A stretch of 64,000 nt of DNA from Octopus vulgaris (lineage: Eukaryota). Below are positions 55,689 to 64,000 of this stretch, piece after piece. The stretch is from positions 72,230,001 to 72,294,000 of the forward strand of contig OX597830.1 in the NCBI GenBank assembly GCA_951406725.2, read 5' to 3'. The position numbers and the translations under genes were made by a program. Position 1 is the stretch's first letter. The number at the start of each line of letters is the position of its first letter. The notes beneath the pieces are model-generated. The model worked only from the letters and a program-made list of their open reading frames with translations, was not told the origin of the DNA and did no database searches.

Positions 55689-55746
<58 letters not shown>

Positions 55747-56360
55747 CACACACACATACAGAGAATTAACTGAACTTCAGAAATGAAGAGAAAAATTATT
55801 TTCACGCCAACTACGCAGCAATCGAAGAAAAACTATAGCTTACCTCCCTTTGCTAAAACTGGATAATGGCCACAGAAAAGAAATAAGATATCAGAACAAA
55901 TGTTATGAGATATTAAAGTTTACAGTTTAGTGAGGTATCATGAAGACAATCAGAAGAACAACTATCATCTAATGAATAAAAATGTACTAAGACATACATA
56001 AAGACGACAGTAAAAACATCAACTGGGTGAAGTGTTGTTGCTTGCTAACGGCTGTTTGGTTGTCTGTAGCTGTGTGATTTCTGTTTGTTTTATTCTGTTA
56101 TTAGTGAATAACAGCGAATAACAGAATATAATATCGCAATAAAACCACCACTGTCAAGCGACCATAGAAATATGCATGTTTGTGTGTGTATGTATGTATG
56201 TATGTATGTATGTATGTATGTATGCATATGCGTGTGTGCATAATTATAGATACTTACATACGTACACACACATACGCATATATAAATCTATATACACACA
56301 TGTCTCTCTGTCTCTGTCTGTTTGTCTGTCAGTCTGTCTGCCTCTCTCTCTCTCTCAATT

Positions 56361-56412
<52 letters not shown>

Positions 56413-56472
56413 TAGAAATAGAAATATATACATAGACTTACGTATATATATACACACGTAGATACGCACCTT

Positions 56473-56519
<47 letters not shown>

Positions 56520-56529
56520 TTATATATAT

Positions 56530-56825
56530 ACATATATATGTATATACACATACACACGCATATATGTATACGCATATGCACGTATATATATACACATACA
56601 CACACATATATGTATACACATATGTACGTATATATATATACACATACACACACATATATGTATACACATATGCACGTATATATATACACATACACAAACA
56701 TATATGTATACACATATGTACGTATATATATATATACATACATTCACATATATGAATACACATATGTACGTATATATATACACATACACACACATATATG
56801 AATACACATATGTACGTATATATAT
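56530..56825. repeat. ~42-46-bp minisatellite built from microsatellite units
   Basis: TATATACACATACACACACATATATGTATACACATATG(T/C)ACG recurs about six times. Confidence 0.8.
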
Positions 56826-59324
56826 ATATGTTTGTGTGTAAGTAAATATATATGTGTGTATGTAGGTGTGCATGTTTGTATGTTCGCGAGAGTGCCTATA
56901 ACACTTCATTCAACAAACAGCTCAGATCAAGTTGTAATAAGACGGTTATAATATAACAGTAAAATCATCAGTATCAAATTAGACGTCATGACATGGAAAT
57001 TGAGGGAGAGAGGGGGGAGGGGAGGAGCAGAAGAGAAAGATATAATAATATACATGCATAGAGAGAGTGAGAGAATGAAAAGGGGAGAGACAGAGACAGA
57101 GATATAAAGTGAAAGGCGAGCAATGAGAAAGAAGCGGAGAGGGAGAGGAAAAATGATATGTAAATGGAACGAAATGGAAAAAGAGAGAGACAGAGAGAGA
57201 GGAAAGTGGGAGGGTAAAAGTGAGAAAGAAGGAGTGAGAAACGGAAAGAGAGGTAAAGTGCAGGAGAGGTTGGGAAGAGTGATAGGAAGAGGGATAAATA
57301 TAAAATGAGAAACGGGGAGATCGGGTGAGAGGGGGAAATAAAGATATGTATATAGAAAAAGAAAATGAAAAGGAGAGAGAAATAGATTTTTTAAAGATAC
57401 GAAAAGTGAGAGGAAGAGTGAAAGAGTGAAAGAGAAAGAAAGGGACATATTAAGAGAATACATGGGAAGAGGAAGGAAAAGAGACAGACACAGAAGAGTA
57501 AGCAGAAAGAGCGATCCAGGTTTTATGGATGCAAGATTTGTAGAAAAAAAAAACTTGAGTAGGAAGTGTTAAGTAATGAATTCTTGAGGGAAACGATGGG
57601 GAGGAGAAGTACAAGGAGAGGTGGAATAAAGAAATAAAGACAGGCGAGGGTGGTTTTGTTTTGAAAGAAGTGAGTGGTGTCATTAAATAGAGAAAAAAAA
57701 AGTGGTGGTGGGGGTTTGATGATGGAAGATGGTGAACTAGGGAGAGAATTTTGGGGTGGGAGAGTGAGAAAGTTGAAAATGGAAGAGGAACTTGGAAGAA
57801 CTGGACGAATTAGGAGAACGGGAACGAACTCCGTCCTTCTGCTTCTTCTATCCCTCCACTTCTATTCCACCTTCTCCTCTTCTTCTTCCTCCTCCTCACT
57901 ATCATCATCTTCCTCATTAAGTTTTCCTGGTCGTCGTTCTCTCTCTCCTTCTCCTCATCGAAATCATCATCATCATCATCATAACTATGATCGTGAGGAT
58001 AACGATTATCATCATCGTTGACGTCATTTCCGTCATAATTGTCGTCAATATCGGCATCCTTGTCTTTCTCTTCGTCCTTCTCATCCTCTTCCTCTTCCTC
58101 CACCTCCACATCATCGTCGGGTCAACCACCACCACCACTACCATTATCATCATTAGCAGCTGGATCGACGTCGTGGAAATAAAACAAGTTTTACAGAACA
58201 ACTTTTAACTTCTTTCTGTTTTACTTCAGAAGTAATCCGACACCTTTTTGGGAAAGGTATCATCATCTTAGATCCTTATTTCCCCAATTCTCTACGAAAT
58301 ACTGCGTTCATTTGGGCTCAGTTGAACAAAGAAATAAGCATACTTCACCACTATTTGTGCGCTTGTCTGAGAGCAAGATGTAAGATTTGAAACTGTGACC
58401 CACACATAGATCATGTAGAGAAACCATTTCGTGTGACATATACACCCAGAAGAATGTGCTAGAGAAATAAATGATGATCACAACATCTTATTTCTGAAGT
58501 GCACAATATAGAGCATTGTTCATCAATTTCATAAACATTGATTAAAACAACATCGAGAACCACAGAAAATATGTCGAGCAAATGAGGAGTGTCAACTAGG
58601 TGGACACATGACATGCTAGAACTAGTAGCTAATCTCAAATGACATCGTAACAACTTCAAAGAAACATGAAGGAAATAGCATATCTGCATAAAAGATATTA
58701 CGGATACAACGGAAAACTGTTTTACCATAGACGCTAGAATAATTGTGTTGTTAAAAAGTTCGATTCGTACGCAAATGGTTTCGGGTCCAAAACCACTGCA
58801 AAACATCTTAGGCAAGAGTCTTGTATTGCAGCCAAGAGACGACTGTATGTATTCAGAGAAATACCGGTAAAGCAAGTACTATTTGAGAAAAATCTTGGTA
58901 TATTAAAATCATCTCCGACTCTACAAAATGTGCCGTAATTACCAAATGACATTTATGACTATCTCCAATTGAGAAGGGGAGATAATCTAGAGATTCAAGT
59001 ATTCTCTAAGACTGACATGTCACTGAAGAAAAGGGCAGATTTATTGTCTGGAGAGAGAAGGAATGTCGTGGATACTGGTTTCAGGCTCAGTAGCCTTCAT
59101 TAGCGAGTCATTTGTGCCACCTTATTTCTAATAGCCAATGAACTTAGAGTTATACGAAATAGAGTAATGAAAAGAAGAACAGTTAGGATGCACGTAATTT
59201 ACGTGAATTAAAACAGATGAGTTAAGAGGAATAACAGGAAGTGACCAGTAGCATGCATTTGAATAAGGTACACAAATGCCCATATATCAATTCTTGATTC
59301 ATTAAAATTATTGCCACCTGTCTT

Positions 59325-59685
59325 GCACTCCATCGTTTACGACGATAGGGTTCCGGTTGATCCACATCAACGGAATAGCCTGCTCGTGAAATTAACGTGT
59401 AAGTGGCTGAGCACTCCACAGACACGTGCACCCTTAACGTAGTTCTCGGGGATATTCAGCGTGACACAGAGAGTGACAAGGCCGGCCCCTTGAAATACAG
59501 GTACAACAGAAACAGGAAGTAAGAGTGAGAGAAAGTTGTGGTGAAAGAGTACAGCAGGGATCACCACCATATCTTGTTAGGTGTTTTCGCTCAATAAACA
59601 CTCACAACGCCCGGTCTGGGAATCGAAACCGCGATCCTCTGACCGCGAGTCCGCTGCCCTAACCACTGGTCCATTGCGCCTCCAC
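59325..59685 (-). mobile_element. SINE family B with a small internal deletion
   Basis: Reverse complement of the 2841 copy; TSD TGCCACCTGT (59312-59321 / 59686-59695). Confidence 0.92.
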
Positions 59686-59726
59686 TGCCACCTGTACAGG
59701 TATTGTAACAGACACACATACACACA

Positions 59727-59850
<124 letters not shown>

Positions 59851-59860
59851 GTGGCTGCGT

Positions 59861-60262
59861 GGAGGCATAGACGTGGCTGTGTGGTAAGAAGCTTGCTTCT
59901 CAACCACATGATCCTGGGTTCAGTCCCACTGCGTGGAACCTCGAGCGTCTTCTACTATAGCCTTGGGCCGAAACTGAAAGAAGCACGTCGTATATATATG
60001 TGTGTTTGCGTGTGTATATGCGTGTATGCGAGTGTCTGTGTTTCTCCCATCCCACATCGTTTCACAACCGGTGTTACCTTGTTTACGTCCCTGTAATGAA
60101 GCAGTTCTGTAAAAGTGACCGATAGAGAAATTAACCGACTACAAAAAAAGAAAAAAAAAAAAGAAAAATAAGTTCTGGTGTAAATTTCTTTGGTAGGAAC
60201 CCCGTCGAGGTAGCTCCACAGCATGCTAGCAATCCAATAACCGAAACAAGTAAAAACAAACA
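59861..60262 (+). mobile_element. SINE family A (diverged)
   Basis: GTGGCTGTGTGGTAAG...GGGTTCAGTCCCACTGCGTGG...tail. Confidence 0.85.
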
Positions 60263-60395
60263 TAAACTCGTATAACGCAAGCCTAGAGTTAAACAACGTT
60301 GTCAAATCAGAAAACCTTGTGTATACATGCATATATGTATTCATACATACATGCATATACACACATACATACATACAGAGATACATACATATATA

Positions 60396-60495
<100 letters not shown>

Positions 60496-60708
60496 CATGC
60501 ATCCATCCTTCCATACGCACTGGCATACATGAATATACTTACACACACACACGCACACACAATCATATATATACATATTCACACATATATATATATATAT
60601 ACACATATATATATATATACATATACATATAGATATGTATGTATATATGCATATACATATACATATATGTATATATATATATATGCATATACACACACAT
60701 ATATGCAT

Positions 60709-60782
<74 letters not shown>

Positions 60783-61326
60783 GTATGTGTGTATGTATGT
60801 ATATATCATGTATATATCCAAAGAAATATAAACTATCTCAGTAGTATAATAAATCAGTTAACAGTCACTAAATAAAGCTATAAAATGTGTCTATTAAATA
60901 CTTCTAACTGGAAACGTGAGGCCGAAGCTGGGTGGGAAGAGACCTGTTTCAGTTTCTTGCTGAAACCTTCTAAAGAATTTTGAAAGAATGTCCCCAGCCA
61001 AAGGAAAATCTCTAGAGAGGACTAAACTTCCATGTTGTCGTTGAGAAAGTTAAACGTTTTGGTCGCCAATTTAACCACCCAAAATTCTTTTTTTTCTTCT
61101 TTGTGGCGTTTACGATGTTTCAATCGCTTGACTGTGGCCAGGCCAGAGCTACGATTTGAAGAGATTTAATGTTTATTGTGAAGCTTTGGTGCTTATCCTA
61201 TAGCCGAGTTTCACCGAACTGATAAGATACAAGCTTATAAACAAACCCCCAGCATTGGTTGGCAAGCAGTGATGGGGGTACAAACACAAACGTACTGAAA
61301 CTCTTAAGCACAAACACAATCCAACC

Positions 61327-61384
<58 letters not shown>

Positions 61385-61644
61385 TTAACATACATATATA
61401 TGTATATATATAAAACCTCAGAGAAAATTTGAAAATAATTCCGAAATATTAATTTATATTATATAGCGAAGATGATCCGGTTCTTGACTGAAGATTGAAG
61501 GCTTCGAATGTCCCGTCCGTGTTTTTTGTATCGTCTACTAAATGTTTCACGTTCTTGTCCCAGTCACGTTCTTGTTAGATTGAATATTTCTTTTTTACAT
61601 TTACATATATGTATCGGTCTATTTTGCCGAACAGCTAGGTTGCC

Positions 61645-61682
<38 letters not shown>

Positions 61683-61713
61683 CACAAAGTCACTCCTACG
61701 CCTATATATATAT

Positions 61714-61869
61714 GTGTAGTAAGGAGTTTGCTTACGAACCACATGGTTCCGGGTTCAGTCCCACTGCGTGGCACCTTGGGAAAGTGTCTTTTACTATAGC
61801 CTCGGGCCGACCAAAGCCTTGTGAGTGGATTTGGTAGACGGAAATTGAAAAACGCCAGTCGCATATATG

Positions 61870-61934
<65 letters not shown>

Positions 61935-61962
61935 TTGCGTGTCTGTGTTAGCCCCCCCTCCC
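61714..61962 (+). mobile_element. SINE family A 5' half plus internal microsatellite
   Basis: CCACATGGTTCCGGGTTCAGTCCCACTGCGTGGCACCTTGGG... Confidence 0.85.
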
Positions 61963-62175
61963 ATCTATATACAATGTAGAGTGGCCGTTAGCAATAGGTA
62001 ATTTTTCGAAAGTTACAATTTTTTGCAACCACCCTGTTCCAATAAATCAAACAACGGGTGTGGTGGAAAATTTCAGCTTAATCAGGCAAGTGCTAGGTGA
62101 CCTTCAAACACATTGGATTTGGTTCATAGTATGCGCAACGATTAATTCTGTTCCAAGGCGGTATAGTGTTCCATT

Positions 62176-62397
62176 GGGCGGCGAGCTGACAGAAACGTTA
62201 GCACACTGGGCGAAATGCTTATCGGTATTTCGTCTGCCGTTACGTTCTGAGTTCAAACTCCGCCGAGGTCGACTTTGCCTTTCATCCTTTCGGGGTCGAT
62301 TAAATAAGTACCAGTTACGCACTGGGGTCGATATAATCGACTTATTCAGTTTGTCTGTCCCTTCTGTGTTTAGCCCCTTGTGGGTAGTAGGGAAATA
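62176..62397 (+). mobile_element. SINE C monomer, tail type 1, 16-bp TSD
   Basis: TSD GGTATAGTGTTCCATT at 62160-62175 and 62398-62413. Confidence 0.93.
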
Positions 62398-62698
62398 GGT
62401 ATAGTGTTCCATTTCTCGGCCATTTTCTTTTTTCTTCTTAGTGAAATTTATGTGGAGACATTCCTGGCGAGCCGAACAGATGTTTAAAAATGTTTTGAAT
62501 CAAATATACCGATAGCTATATTTGATTCAGAACGCTAATTTGAAAACTACATGAAATAAGATGAAAAACGTAAGAAATACTAGGTTTTCTTAATAAAGCA
62601 CACAACTTGTATAAGAGAAACGCATTTTTATTTACAACAATAATTTCTGTAGGACCAAAAGCCTAATGTGAACACTAACACTGAATATTGAACATTAT

Positions 62699-62911
62699 AA
62701 GGCGGCGAGTTGGCAGAAACGTTAGTACGCCGGGCGAAAATCTTAGCCTTTTTACGTCTGTCTTTACGTTCTGAGTTCAAATTCCACTGAGGTCGACTTT
62801 GCCTTTCATCCTCTCGGGGTCGATAAATTAAGTACAAGCTACATACTGTGGGTCGATCTCATCGACTGGCCCACTCCCCAACAATTTCGGGCCTTGTGCC
62901 TAGAGTAGAAA
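62699..62911 (+). mobile_element. SINE C monomer, tail type 2, 17-bp TSD
   Basis: TSD TGAATATTGAACATTAT at 62682-62698 and 62912-62928. Confidence 0.93.
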
Positions 62912-62989
62912 TGAATATTGAACATTATTTTTGAATAAGAGTGGATTTAGTGGCAGTTGGGTGTTTTATGTTTTTCGGTAACGGTCTGT

Positions 62990-64000
62990 AAAAGAAATTG
63001 TTTCTCTGTTTTATCTTTTGTTAGAATCTTATTGTAATTCTTAATAAGTTTGACAGCTCTTTCGCCAATATCATTCACAACAACTGTCTTCTCGAGTTTT
63101 TCAAGTCCACATATGTAACTAGAATCATCTTTCCATATTGAAAGATTCTTTGTCGAAAATGTCTCGTGAAGAAAGTTTTTGTACCTGGAATTACAAAAGA
63201 CGAAAACTCGATGTTTTTAAAGGAAGAAAAGTCATCTTGGTGCAGAATGTACCTCTTCAGTTGTATTTTCTTCTTCCTCTTCTTCACCTTTGTCTGCTTC
63301 CAGCATAACTTGAGCAATATTTGCCTTCACCTCTGTTGGAATGTTGTCATCAAATATAGATAGATCCACAGTTTCGGGAGCTAAGTACCAAAGATGGATG
63401 ACATTTTTTTCTCAGCAGCCTTACTGATTTCTGGATCAATATCCTGATAATTTATCAGTTGACGCATGAATAGGAAATCATGATAAGGTGCTTTAATTAT
63501 TTCTGATGGCAGAAACCAGGCTCGAACATACATTTGAGCAAGAAAAATACATATTCTTCTTAAAGAGTTCTTCTCCCCAGGAGATAACTGAAATTGATCT
63601 TGAAACAGGTATATCTTGAATGTGTAAATTGCTTTTGACATCCACCTGGCATGACTTACAGATCCAGCTGTACGAAACGATATCCTGTTCTTCGGAATGC
63701 CGCCAAGATAGATCATCAATAACTACAACCATTCTCGGTAATCATTTCGTGGTTGCTTCTGTGTAGAAAGGTGGCATTCAAGAAATCCAAGAATTGTATA
63801 GTGGACATCATCAGGCACTTTATTGCTACTAGTTATGCAAATCTTCTTGTTGAGTTTCGTCCAGGTTTCTCTAAATCTTTTGAGAGAAGCCGTGTCCTGA
63901 CCAGAAGTTCCTAAAATGTTACTAAAAAATGTGATGACGGCAAGGTTACTTACTACAACAGGTCACGATTAAACATTTTTTCTAGATTTATACTTGCACC
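62990..64000 (-). mobile_element. Decayed hAT-superfamily (hATm-like) transposase, running off the window end
   Basis: CRHH motif near 63935, QPRNDYRE, IYLGG, HARWMSKAIYTFKIYLF, APYHD; frameshifts and stops. Confidence 0.75.

Overview
Eukaryotic, AT-rich and extremely microsatellite-dense genomic DNA. The SINE families and the repeat landscape point to an octopus (coleoid cephalopod); this is an inference from recalled sequence, not a database result. I found no intact host gene, and nearly all track ORFs are translations of (TA)n/(CA)n/(TAA)n repeats. The window is intronic or intergenic and is filled with transposon remains: three abundant tRNA-derived SINE families (called A, B and C here), decayed LINEs (CR1/L2-like, Tx1/L1-like, two R4/Dong-like, RTE-like), two near-full-length Tc1/mariner elements, a hATm-like transposase remnant, MITEs, Helitron-like pieces and Penelope-like palindromes with hammerhead-like cores. 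The most interesting signal is one ~55-nt 3' module (TGTCTGTCCTTGT..TGTCCC.TCTGTG, a short hairpin, then AATAAAGAAA). It is shared by (i) a Tx1-like LINE sitting in (GATA)n, (ii) an ORF1-only, zinc-knuckle-coding 'half-LINE', and (iii) a subset of SINE C that recurrently joins into other SINE C copies and forms a 5 x 184-bp array. This suggests a three-partner retrotransposition network. Boundaries of degenerate elements are approximate.
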